A stretch of 64,000 bases of DNA from a virus (IMGVR_UViG_3300044608_001826:23476-87475); one strand, 5' to 3'; shown: positions 9,538 to 19,366, counted from the stretch's first letter. Notes: a model not told the origin generated them from the letters alone. Translations and numbers: made by a program.

Positions 9538-9855
9538 TCAGTAAGAGATTGAGACGGTTCTGATGTCGTTTAGTGGGATGCCTAATTTGTAGGCAGCACC
9601 CGCAGACAGATCAATTGAGTTGCATTCGCATCTATCTGTGATTGGTACGGTAACTGCGCGGCCTTTGTAACTTACGCGAACACGTGTGCCGCAAGGTAAC
9701 CACGGATGAGCTGCACTTATGCCCCAGTGTTCGTAAGTCTGGCCGCAATAGGTGATTCGGTTGTGATACCACTCGTGGTAAACAGTAGCAGTCACAGGAC
9801 GACTAGCTACGGGCAGAGTAATCAACAAAGGAAACAGAAACAACAGTCTTTTCAT
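9538..9855 (-). CDS. rlpA: RlpA-like (double-psi beta-barrel) protein with signal peptide
   Basis: Hydrophobic N-terminus; ATVY..WY, SAAHPWLPCGTRVRV, VPITDR, IDLSAGAAYKLG. Confidence 0.85.
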   Translation of the reverse strand: MKRLLFLFPLLITLPVASRPVTATVYHEWYHNRITYCGQTYEHWGISAAHPWLPCGTRVRVSYKGRAVTVPITDRCECNSIDLSAGAAYKLGIPLNDIRTVSISY

Positions 9856-10062
9856 GTGATGTTTGTGTTAGATGGTGATTTGGCCCCGCGAAGCGGAGAG
9901 GTCAGTCTTCTTCCTCCTTTAGGTGCTCAAGAACACGCGCACACAATGTGTCGTCAGCGTGCAGCAAGAAGGCTTTAGTTATGTACGTACATTGTCCGTA
10001 CATCTCCGACAATTCCTTGATTTTGTCGTGCGCTGATTGCCCGTGGACAAGATCATAAATGC

Positions 10063-10434
10063 TCATCGGTTGTACTCCTTGAGGATGTAATCGAATGATG
10101 TTGGGTCTTGAATTTCTTCGTCCATCAGCACCTGTGCGCACCAAGTTTTAACTCTTGGCCATGCTTTTGTGTCCGGTTTAGATCCTTTAAGTTCTTCAAA
10201 GAAGACCGGATCCCATGTCTTAACTAACCTCAGCGCTTCTTTATAAGGTCCCTTATAGATTTCTGCGATCAAACCAGAATCTAAATGTGTTATCGTCCAG
10301 CCTTTACGCTTACCGTTTGTATCTTCCGGTATGGGTTTATGTAACGCGAGGGCGTTACCTACCCACCTTGCTTCAACCTCCCGCGTGGCGGAATCTTTGA
10401 TCGTTACTGTGATCTTTCGTACCATGCTTTGCAC
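10063..10434 (-). CDS. Early-region hypothetical protein
   Basis: 123-aa ORF with WTITHLDSG motif. Confidence 0.6.
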   Translation of the reverse strand: MQSMVRKITVTIKDSATREVEARWVGNALALHKPIPEDTNGKRKGWTITHLDSGLIAEIYKGPYKEALRLVKTWDPVFFEELKGSKPDTKAWPRVKTWCAQVLMDEEIQDPTSFDYILKEYNR

Positions 10435-10588
10435 CCCCGACGAGTTACATAATGTATACCTGTTGGGTCTCTTGTGTTGTACTCTCTCGCTGCTGCGTAC
10501 GCTTCCTTGGAGTCTGTATATTCGTCGATCGTTACTACTGTTCGTGTTTCTGTCTTCTCCCTGCGTTGTATGTAGAAAGGCATTGTTG

Positions 10589-10936
10589 TTAGATTCGGGT
10601 GAATGTGTACTTGGTATTAGGTTCTAGTTCTTGCTCTGGTTGTTCGAACGAGACGCCATACCAACGGCGTTTCTTCTGGTAAATACCAGCTTTGCAGAAC
10701 TCGTGCAAGATAACATTGAGACGTGATTTAGTTGTTGGTGTGTTCCAGCCACAGTCACAAACTTCCACTGTGTTGTTGTCGATTTGTGCGATTGGGTTGC
10801 CGTACAGATAGACGTTAATTCGTTCGATTGGTTTGGCAGCGTGGGCAAAGTAAGTAACTTTGACCTCAGTGTTATCAAGCCGCCAATCTTTCTTGGCATG
10901 GATGGCTTGCAGCATTTGGCGTTCGATTGCTCGCAT
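10589..10936 (-). CDS. Conserved phage early hypothetical protein
   Basis: MRAIERQM...LYGNPIA...GWNTPTTKSRLN motif recalled from cyanophage early genes. Confidence 0.75.
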   Translation of the reverse strand: MRAIERQMLQAIHAKKDWRLDNTEVKVTYFAHAAKPIERINVYLYGNPIAQIDNNTVEVCDCGWNTPTTKSRLNVILHEFCKAGIYQKKRRWYGVSFEQPEQELEPNTKYTFTRI

Positions 10937-10946
10937 GGTGTTTGTG

Positions 10947-13437
10947 TTAGTTAAGTTCTTCGTTGTTGATTTGTTCGCGCAGGTCCGCGATTATGTCCTG
11001 CAATTTATAAGATTGTGAGGCAGTTGTTGCTACATCAAGTGCACACTCAAGGTTGTAAAGTGCGTCTTTAGCATCTTCGATTGTCAGGAAAGTGTCGGTG
11101 CAGTAAGTTACACCGTATTCATCACATTGTGTGAGCGTAATCATCAGAAAACACCTCGTGATTCGATGTGAGCTTGAATGTCAGAGTCCGAAGGTTCCCA
11201 CCCTTCGATGTATTCGAGTGCGGGGATGATGTTCTCTTCTATTTGATCAGCAATGTCGGAGGGAATCATCATGTCTCGCTGCAACAGTTGTTTGAACCGT
11301 GCGAGCGCGTGGTAAGACAAACTATGACAATCAAGGGAGTAGAGATCGTAAGGAAAGCGATTCATTTGATGTAAGTTTGTGAGTGTTTGTGTGTAGCCTG
11401 TAGGCTACTCTTCCGGCCATTCGAATCCTTCAGGAACCTCCCAAAGGTCTCCGTCTTGGTGCAAGTACCAAGTTGTACCAGCTGCATCTGTGAATCTAGC
11501 ATTATCTAGAATGTTAGTCCATGCCTCCCAGTACCATTCGTGATCTGGCCCGGATTGGCAGATTTGCACATCCTCCATAGATACATTTGCCAGTTTGGCC
11601 CAGTCTTCATCCACATCTACGCAGAACATCTGAGGGATGTAGATACCGTTTGTGTCGGACAGAATCAGGTTGGGTCCTATCATCATTCTGAAGGGATTGT
11701 AGGTGTTGTGTGAGGCGGCCCCGCGAAGCGGAGAGGGTATCAATCAGCAGTCAGATTGTTTGTGCATGAATGATTCATGTGTACGTTGGATCTGTTTGTA
11801 CATAAGCGGATACGTATACGCTACGTATTCACACAGTTTGCACATAGCATCGATGTGCCTGCGCTCCCAACAATCAGAACTCTGCACAGAACTCTGATAC
11901 TTAATCGCTTCGATGATTGTGTGCGGTTGGAACAGATCGAGCGTGGACTCAGTTAAGCATTCCATGGTGTTCATTTGATTAAGGTTGGCGCCATGCTTTG
12001 CAGCATCGTGAGCTTATGTAGTACTCTGCCGAATAGTCTGCGATCTGGTATTCGTGCAGCGTAGTGTTAGCCTCCTTGCGAGACTCGAATTCATCCACAG
12101 TCTCTCGGTAGTTGTGGTTGATTGATCGGCGGTTTATGTAGTACATGATCAGTCGAAGTCAGTTAGTGAAACATTCGTAGGTCGTTCGATAACCTTGCTG
12201 CCTGTATCTTCAACCTGTGAAGTAACAACAATGCGACGACATAGTGAGTTGTATGCAGCAGGACATTCACGCATAAGATGTCTGCGCATTTCTGAAGTCA
12301 TGTAGTGATTAACTACCATGAGCAATTGATCTTTGTGATGCTCGCTAAAGTGTGCGTCGTACATGATTAACGATTGGGGTTGCAGGTTGCAGGTGTTATG
12401 TTGACCGATGTTATGTTCCCTTCGATAGATAACAGCACATCGTCGATTGCTTTAATCACAGGGTGAGAGTCTTTGTACACCTGCGGATACTTATTAGCTA
12501 AGCGCATAACTTCTGCGCGGTAATCGACAAGCGCAGTGCGTACAATCGTTGATGAGATCTGCATTGTTATTGTGTGTTGTTAGTTTGTGTTGGTGCCGAA
12601 CATTTGTTCGAACAATGAAGGCTCACACTCATACTTAATCTGTTCGCGAACACGGTTAAGTTCAGCGACCAAAGCATCATGCTTGCGCTTCATCTTGTCT
12701 AATTCATTCCAGCTGTGGAGAATGTCACGCTGTAGGGTGAACTTCTTGTTAATGAGATCATCCAAGAAGTCGAATGTTTCAGGGTTCATGATGTAGTTAA
12801 ATGGTGTTAGTTTCGTGAAGATAAACGTAAACAGCGTGCCAAATCTCCATGGGAGAGTATTGACCTGGAGTAAAATCTATTCCGTCATTATTAATAGTTA
12901 AGCGCCCATAGTTACCGGGGACTAACTGTTCATTGTCTGTCTTCCATCGTGCAGAGAACTTACGATAAACACGACGACGTTGAGATTGTATCTTGTTGCC
13001 ATCTTCTCTCCACAATCTATGGGAACCGTAATCAATGAAGTTACGGCGAGACTGTGAGCGAACGTAAGACTTAAGGTCGGAGATTGTGAGATTCATGATC
13101 AGATTGCGAGTGGATTGTGTATCTAATGTCAGGAGGAATAGCGGCCCACAACTACACGGTCGCAGTCACCTTCCACCAAACGGACAACTGTTCCGCTGAA
13201 GTATGAGTCAGAATTGTATCCTTCCCAGTGCTGAAGTTCGCTGGTGGATTCTACAGGTGTGCTAATGAAGTCGCACAGATGGTAGAACTCACCGCGATAC
13301 TTAAAGAACCCATAGTTATACTCAATGCTATCTGGGTGCATCCAATCGAATTGTTTGCGGATCTTATCTTGATCTGATTGGCTGAAGTCGCACAAGTGCA
13401 TCAGATCACGAGGCTGATTGTTTGTGATGATGTTCAT
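10947..13437 (-). other. Tightly packed cluster of about ten small early ORFs (10947-11144, 11144-11365, 11405-11686, 11744-11974, 11979-12146, 12149-12364, 12367-12564, 12580-12789, 12797-13096, 13129-13437)
   Basis: Same strand, short gaps, CA-rich leaders without SD; 11979-12146 (MYYINRRSIN...) was translated by hand; the last ORF probably starts at ATG 13437 (MNIITNNQPR). Confidence 0.75.
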
Positions 13438-14118
13438 AACATTCACCAGCAATAGAGCTGGCAGCTGACAACAAATGAGGGTGAATCCCTCAGTCTGAGT
13501 GATACTCAGAGGGAGAGAATCTACGATCAAACTAAACTGTAGACCATCCGGATCATGAATGATCTCATTTGGTCCCTTGTTAAACCTGTCGGAAGACAAG
13601 CTATAACTAATCTGCAACCACCCAGAGAAGAACTCTCCGGAAAAAGTTAAAACAAATTGTAGGGCATGTAGTTAGTTACAGTGCACAGAATGATCATCGG
13701 CTGATAACAAGTCCCGCCATCGTACGGATCGGCGCCGACGTGGGGGGCAAGTGTCCAATGGCCAGAGTACCTGCATCAAACACAGGTACGCTGGACAGTA
13801 TCTGTACGCTGTAACTAACTACAACCCGACAAGTTGGATTGTATTAAGGTGCAACCTGACAAGGGTTGCTGACATTTAGTGTCACTAAATTGCCTTAGTT
13901 ACAGACAAGATACCTACTGACAAGTCGCAGTATAGTTGCAGGGTGTGAGCGGACAAGGGTTGCTTGTCTGACCTATGGCCCACAGTTACAACTTGTGGGG
14001 GAACTTCCGCGCCCACTTCATTGCTTAAGTATTAAACAGCTGAACATAACTAAGGCGAGGCAATCGCCACACCAGGGAGTAAGAACTACTTTGCCCTTAG
14101 TTACACACAACTATTCTA

Positions 14119-14130
14119 TTGTCAAGGTTC
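14119..14130 (-). promoter_or_regulatory. boxA-like antitermination motif
   Basis: GAACCTTGACAA versus the cyanobacterial rrn boxA GAACCTTGAAAA; forms the 3' arm of hairpin TCAAGGTT-GACG-AACCTTGA. Confidence 0.55.
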
Positions 14131-14272
14131 GTCAACCTTGAGACTTCTACAGTTCCGGCGCTCACGTTCGGTCACACCATGCCTGCCATTGCCTACACTT
14201 CAGGGGCTCCCTGGTGGGAGCTCCCTACCATCAGCGGCAGAGCGTGGGAGCCGTTCGGCCATCCCGGATCCG

Positions 14273-14291
14273 TATTCAGTTCTCAAGGTTC
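14273..14291 (-). promoter_or_regulatory. boxA-like antitermination motif
   Basis: GAACCTTGAGAACTGAATA, just after the hairpin CTGAAGC-AAAGC-GCTTCGG at the predicted transcript start. Confidence 0.55.
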
Positions 14292-14319
14292 AACCGAAGC
14301 GCTTTGCTTCAGTGACCTA

Positions 14320-14349
14320 AAGGTATCCGGTAACCGGTTCGCCAGTCAA
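14320..14349 (-). promoter_or_regulatory. Sigma70-type early promoter
   Basis: TTGACT-18 nt-TACCTT pointing into the early arm. Confidence 0.55.
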
Positions 14350-14766
14350 CCTCTTCTGACCGGTTCACGGATTGGCACACAGCACACGATGCTCACCACG
14401 TCCGCAGAACCTAGAAGGAAACGCGAGCGCACGCGAATACTATAGGCAGCGCCCAGCCGTCAACTGGTTTCGCAAATTGAAATAATGTTACCTAGCCCGC
14501 ACACTTTGCAGACTTGATGATAGGATCTCCCTCTAATCCTAAAGGTAACTATACAAACTCACTGTGTATTATAAATACATAGGCTTGTTTGATATCTTTA
14601 TACAAACTAGGGGCACCCCACAACCCGGAACTTCCTGCCCGCAATCGCCTTTTTTTTATATATACACATGGGGCGGCGGGGGCCGCTAGAAGGTTAATAT
14701 TATTTTGCTGGGAAATTGAGGTAAAAATTTTTCGGCTGTTATTATGGTGCCAGAATTTTCGGCGCC

Positions 14767-15444
14767 ATGGCGACCTTAGTTGCAAATATCCCTCCCGTAA
14801 AAGTCTGGGTTCGGCGGGAATATCTTCGAGATTTACGTGACGGGCACGGTGAGTACACCCCAGGTTACTGGGTTACTTGCAAATCACTTACCGGACGGGC
14901 TCTTTACTTCGAGACGTACTTAACTGAGTACGGCGCTTTGTACGACAAGCTGCCGATCAGCGCGTTTCTAGCGTGGGAATCTGATTATCCCGATGCGCCT
15001 AGACCTCCCGAACCTGATTTAGAGCTGACAGACCTGCAGTTTTGGAACGGGTTTGATACGGGGCTTACCGTCATCGAGAAGAACTTGATCTACAACATGC
15101 GTTTTGAAGTCATGACACGCACTGCTGGTGTATTGGGGGGCACATACTTGTTCACAATCGACAATTACCATCCGCATAGGAACGAACCTGACCTTTATTT
15201 CGCTGAGGTTCCGGATGAGCACAAGTCGCACAATCTTGTTGTTTTGGACAACGGCCAAATTGGGGCTTATCCTAATAATCGCTGTCGAATGGTTGACCCA
15301 TCTTTAACCAATAACGACCTCAAAACACCCGATTTCAAGGTCTCTACGCGCTATTTCGACGTAGAAAACGCCCCGAAATGGGGTCGTTTGGGTGAATGTG
15401 ATGATTATTTTTGGAAAACACCCCAAGAGCAAAACCCCACCTAG
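14767..15444 (+). CDS. Conserved phage hypothetical protein
   Basis: LVANIPP..VWVRREYL, YGALYDKLPISAF, YLFTID, EHKSHN, YPNNR motifs recalled from aquatic phages. Confidence 0.8.
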   Translation: MATLVANIPPVKVWVRREYLRDLRDGHGEYTPGYWVTCKSLTGRALYFETYLTEYGALYDKLPISAFLAWESDYPDAPRPPEPDLELTDLQFWNGFDTGLTVIEKNLIYNMRFEVMTRTAGVLGGTYLFTIDNYHPHRNEPDLYFAEVPDEHKSHNLVVLDNGQIGAYPNNRCRMVDPSLTNNDLKTPDFKVSTRYFDVENAPKWGRLGECDDYFWKTPQEQNPT

Positions 15445-15468
15445 GCTATACCTATCGGCTCAGGGCTT

Positions 15469-15786
15469 ATGTTGTCCGCAGATGTACGCCTTCGGGTCGA
15501 ATTTATCTGTCAACGTATCTCTAAAGGGCAAGAAGTTCAGCTAAACGACATGCAATGGGTCCAAAAATGGGCCAACTGCAATCACTCCGTGGACGCCATG
15601 CTGCGTAAAGCGCGTCGTACGGCGATCAACGGCGACCAGCCTGCAGACAGTTTGGACGGTTTTATGCAAAGTATGGATTTAGGGGAGCCAAATCCTTCTG
15701 ATCAGCTTCACGGAGCCCAAGATCCAACCACGTTGGCTGAATGGTTTAGTCAAAAACGTAAATGGTTTCGAGGATCTGTTGATTAA
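15469..15786 (+). CDS. Conserved cyanophage/cyanobacterial hypothetical protein
   Basis: MLS..RLRVEFIC.RI..G.EV.L.DM.W..K motif. Confidence 0.75.
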   Translation: MLSADVRLRVEFICQRISKGQEVQLNDMQWVQKWANCNHSVDAMLRKARRTAINGDQPADSLDGFMQSMDLGEPNPSDQLHGAQDPTTLAEWFSQKRKWFRGSVD

Positions 15787-15794
15787 TTTATTTT

Positions 15795-16133
15795 TTACTC
15801 AAATCGGACAAATAATTCGTTTGGGTGTTCTTCAAAAAATTCTAGTGTTGCTGGACATAGCCATCCTTTCATGGAATTTTCATAGGAATACCACGCTCCG
15901 CCGTGCTCCATCTCTATTTTTATAAGTTTTCCGTGTGAAAGAGGGAAGTCACGCGATGAAAAAATAATTCTATGCGACTCTTTTGAAGGGTCACTGAAGT
16001 TTTCAATAAAAAAATCAATGATTTCGGGGATTCCGCAAACAAAAGGTTCGTCCTCAAGTCCTCTGGAGAGATCTGTAAAGGCCCAGGTGTCGCAGTGACG
16101 GTAAATTTTGATTGACATCATGGCGTTTGGCAT
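15795..16133 (-). CDS. Conserved hypothetical protein (DUF6717-like)
   Basis: WAFTD..GL.DEPFV.G, GGAWY, GWLCPA..FF..P..LF. Confidence 0.7.
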   Translation of the reverse strand: MPNAMMSIKIYRHCDTWAFTDLSRGLEDEPFVCGIPEIIDFFIENFSDPSKESHRIIFSSRDFPLSHGKLIKIEMEHGGAWYSYENSMKGWLCPATLEFFEEHPNELFVRFE

Positions 16134-16241
16134 GTGATAAGACGTTTTTGTGATGACATACAGAGTATACAGTATCGCGGGTGCCCTTTACCCGGTCTTT
16201 CTTGTTTTTTGTTTTAAGATGTAGAGAGGGTTTCTAGCTGC

Positions 16242-18527
16242 ATGTACTCGTACGGATATAAAGTACCTGAATTACAAAATCGTGTTGCTCGTCAAAGACA
16301 GCCTATAGAGCCCGACGCCACCGTGGCAGACGCTGTTCCTACAGGAGCTGAGTCTGCTGTTTCTAATACTTCCTCAGAGAGTACCCCTTCTCCAGCTCCG
16401 CAGAGGTCATTAAGTCCTAGAGAGTTTTTTGAGTCTCAGATTCTTCCTCAAGTTAGAGCTGTTATAGGTGATTACGGTGTTCAGGATGCGTATACACAAA
16501 ATATAAGGGAGAATACGCGAATACGCGACTTACGGGATTCAGAAGAAACAGAAAGAAGAAACTTTGAGCGGCTTCGAGGAACTCCAGTCTCGGCACCTGT
16601 TCAACTTCCTCAGCTTATTTCCTTACAAGGGCTTGGTTCTGCACATACTCAACCCGGAATTCCTGGTCTCTTTGCTCAGGTTGAAGCCACTAATAAAGGA
16701 ATAGAAGGTTTACGCAAACAAAGAGTTGCTGATGCCTTTGGTGATTTGCTTACAAAATATCCCGAACTTAACCGAGTTCTGTATGCGGAACCTGCAGGAC
16801 AAGCTAAAGCTTTGCGTGTACGCAAGTCGGGTTTTGAGCCTTATTTAGATTATGTAGATAAAACACAGGTATTTTCTTCTCCTGAATCTCGTGCTGGTGT
16901 TTATAACGAAATTATCAATGATTACGCTTCTTTTGAAGATGATCCAGATAAACGTTCTTTACTCGGGGAAGCGCTTAGGGGCGCTGAACAAGATTATACG
17001 AGCGGTGACCCAGAACGCCAAGACAAAGCTCGACAATTCTTAAAGAGTATATTGAATGACCCTGCAACGCTTGAGCGCATAGAAACACCTTCATTTCGTG
17101 AAAACCGACCTGTTATTGGCGGCGGTGGCTATGAACCTGTAAAAGATAACCCTTTAGTAAAAAGAATAAATCAAAGAGCAAAAGATTTTAACCAGCTTTA
17201 CAGTCAATTAGATCTTCAAGATAGGCTTGATATAGCTAAGGTTTATCCTGGTCTTCAAGCTTCAAGGTATAAGGAAGGAGATCAAGCAGGTTTTTATCTG
17301 GACCCGGATACTAAAGAAGTTTCCATTGTCGATTTTGATGATCCCAATGCTTACGGGGTCGATGTAAGTATGTATGTTCCTGGGAGTGTATCGCTAGAAG
17401 AATTTGATAAAGACAGTATAGGTTCTGAAATATCTAAGAATGCTTTGCGTTTCTTAGCTGACTATCCCGTCGTCGCTCAGACAAACGTCAGCTTCTCCAC
17501 AAGGGAGCCTGGTTACGGTGATGTTGGTTATAGCGCTAAGTTATTACCTCCTGAGCTTGTTAATCCTGTAACGTCATTTGTTTCAGACACAGCCTTCCGT
17601 GGGCTTCGACCAGGAACACTTGTTACGAATAATCCGCTTAGCTCTAGCGATTTATATGATAAAAGGATTGAGGAAGGTAAATCAGAGGCTGAGAGCAACA
17701 CCCTACGCCGCTTACAACCTTTTATTGACTCAAGAAGCCCTCTCCCTAATCTGCGTGGATTAGCTTACACTTCAGCGGGTTTTGGCCCTGTAACCAAGAA
17801 TAATACACAAGTTTCTTATATAGACGATAAAGGTCAAGCTATACCAATTCAACTGGAACGTACTGAAGTTCCATTAAGAGGTATTGTTGCTGTTCCTGAT
17901 GCCGGAAGTGCGTCTGTATATTCCCCCGCGCTTCCTGCTTCTGTTACTCCTCGTTATTACGGGTTTGATCCTATTTCAGGCGCAGCTTTAGGTGGGGCTG
18001 AGGTATTGCGCAATCTTCGTCGCACCCCTTCCGCTCTTCTCCCCGGCGCTGCTGATTTAATCCCAAGTCCTGAAGCCATCCAAACAGGATACCAGCGTGG
18101 GCCAGCTGCTATGGGCAAACAAATGGCGCAGGAATTTGTACAGGGTTTACCCACTGCGGCAGGTGCTGCAATGTTGTTATCCACGCCAGCCGCTGCACCT
18201 TTTGCCCCTGGCATCGGTGCTGGTATGGTCGGAACGGCAGGAGCAAGAGCTCTAAATGAAGTTGTGCGTCAAGAAACCGGTGAAGGGGTCGTACCTAAGG
18301 TTCGTCAGTTCCTAGGTACAGCGCCTCGTACAGGTTTATCTGCAACTCGGCAGACTGCACCTAAACCGTTAGTGGCGCAAGTTAAACCTCTCAGCAACGC
18401 TCAGCGTGCAGAAATTCAGAGGCAACAAAATCGTAACGAGTTACAGCGTCGCATAGATTTATTCAAAGAACGAGTTAATCCTCGTCGCGGTGAATTTGGT
18501 TTAAGCGAGCTCTTATTCGGGCGTTAG
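16242..18527 (+). CDS. Large hypothetical protein, possibly virion-associated
   Basis: 761-aa ORF with Ala/Gly/Pro-rich C-terminus; no recognised domain. Confidence 0.7.
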   Translation: MYSYGYKVPELQNRVARQRQPIEPDATVADAVPTGAESAVSNTSSESTPSPAPQRSLSPREFFESQILPQVRAVIGDYGVQDAYTQNIRENTRIRDLRDSEETERRNFERLRGTPVSAPVQLPQLISLQGLGSAHTQPGIPGLFAQVEATNKGIEGLRKQRVADAFGDLLTKYPELNRVLYAEPAGQAKALRVRKSGFEPYLDYVDKTQVFSSPESRAGVYNEIINDYASFEDDPDKRSLLGEALRGAEQDYTSGDPERQDKARQFLKSILNDPATLERIETPSFRENRPVIGGGGYEPVKDNPLVKRINQRAKDFNQLYSQLDLQDRLDIAKVYPGLQASRYKEGDQAGFYLDPDTKEVSIVDFDDPNAYGVDVSMYVPGSVSLEEFDKDSIGSEISKNALRFLADYPVVAQTNVSFSTREPGYGDVGYSAKLLPPELVNPVTSFVSDTAFRGLRPGTLVTNNPLSSSDLYDKRIEEGKSEAESNTLRRLQPFIDSRSPLPNLRGLAYTSAGFGPVTKNNTQVSYIDDKGQAIPIQLERTEVPLRGIVAVPDAGSASVYSPALPASVTPRYYGFDPISGAALGGAEVLRNLRRTPSALLPGAADLIPSPEAIQTGYQRGPAAMGKQMAQEFVQGLPTAAGAAMLLSTPAAAPFAPGIGAGMVGTAGARALNEVVRQETGEGVVPKVRQFLGTAPRTGLSATRQTAPKPLVAQVKPLSNAQRAEIQRQQNRNELQRRIDLFKERVNPRRGEFGLSELLFGR

Positions 18528-18548
18528 ACTTGTAAAAAAGCATAAACC

Positions 18549-19040
18549 GTGGCGACTTCTACCACTTTTATACCAACCGATTCAAGTTTGGTACGTCAGA
18601 AGGCTTTAGATCTTTTAGACAATTTCATACGTCGAGGGACGCTTCGGGGTTATGGTTTAGGAGATTCGGATCAACAACAGCGATTTGAGGAGTGGGTCGA
18701 GTCGCCTGACACTGAGCCTCGAATTTATGTAGATCCTAATAAGCTTGACCTAAGGGAATTTCGTAATCCCTACGCACCCGTAAGTCCCGATGAGTTTTTG
18801 GAGCGTGATCGCTTTTTACTTACAAATCCCCGTAGTCCTCTGACGCAATCTCGGGGCTCTGACCTTGCGCAAGGAATCCCCGTGGGAGAGGACCCTAACC
18901 TTCCAATGGATCAAGACCAATTTCGCGATTGGGTTAACAGGCAACGAGATCTTAGAGATCGGCCCATGAGAGATGCTCTTGCGCCTTACGGGGGAAGCAT
19001 ACTCGAATTGATACGTCGTAATAACTTACGCGGTGTGTAA
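18549..19040 (+). CDS. Hypothetical protein
   Basis: 163-aa ORF directly downstream. Confidence 0.6.
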   Translation: MATSTTFIPTDSSLVRQKALDLLDNFIRRGTLRGYGLGDSDQQQRFEEWVESPDTEPRIYVDPNKLDLREFRNPYAPVSPDEFLERDRFLLTNPRSPLTQSRGSDLAQGIPVGEDPNLPMDQDQFRDWVNRQRDLRDRPMRDALAPYGGSILELIRRNNLRGV

Positions 19041-19104
19041 TAGAAATATTCTCAATAAATTAAAATTAAAAAGATTCTTAATCTTCGCTGTTACACAGTA
19101 AACA

Positions 19105-19118
19105 GTATAAATAAATAC
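19105..19118 (+). promoter_or_regulatory. NtcA-type binding site
   Basis: GTA-TAAATAAA-TAC (GTA-N8-TAC), 35 nt before the ATG of a DUF4278-like ORF. Confidence 0.55.
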
Positions 19119-19152
19119 ATTTTCTTAGCGTAAGAGTAATCGCTAAGGAACA

Positions 19153-19317
19153 ATGACTGCGATTACTTATCGCGGGGTAACTTACAACCGCGAAGAGCAT
19201 CACGAGAACTTCAAAGCGTGGTGGACCTTAGTCCATCGAGCTACGCTTTGGCTTCGTTACAGAGGGGTGGCGTACCGTCCCGCTGCAAATTGCTCGGACT
19301 ACCCCTCTGTGTTCTGA
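19153..19317 (+). CDS. DUF4278-like small protein (54 aa)
   Basis: Below the ORF-track cutoff. MTAITYRGVTYNREEHHENFKAWWTLVHRATLWLRYRGVAYRP carries two YRGVxY motifs; AAGGA upstream. Confidence 0.75.
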   Translation: MTAITYRGVTYNREEHHENFKAWWTLVHRATLWLRYRGVAYRPAANCSDYPSVF

Positions 19318-19366
19318 TTGAAAGGGCTCATTTAGTGCTATAGTAAGCACAGACTGAACTGAGCAC

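Larger units (their letters stand above)
13438..14315 (-). ncRNA. Long structured non-coding leader / candidate large ncRNA
   Basis: Dense inverted repeats, six GACAAG copies, six alternating TAACTAA/TTAGTTA copies, two boxA-like motifs, upstream promoter; no credible ORF. Confidence 0.6.

Noticed and set aside
13595-14103. Possible CRISPR or mini-array
   Set aside because: Repeats are only 6-12 nt, irregularly spaced and partly inverted; no cas genes in the window.
14170-14245. Hammerhead-like CTGATG motif on the minus strand
   Set aside because: Core reads CTGATGG rather than CTGANGA, and there is no correctly placed GAAA.
13438-14445. ORFs 14119..14445 and 14138..14320, and the TTG-start extension of 13129..13617
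   Set aside because: Non-ATG starts, no protein-like motifs, and they overlap dense inverted repeats; better explained as non-coding.
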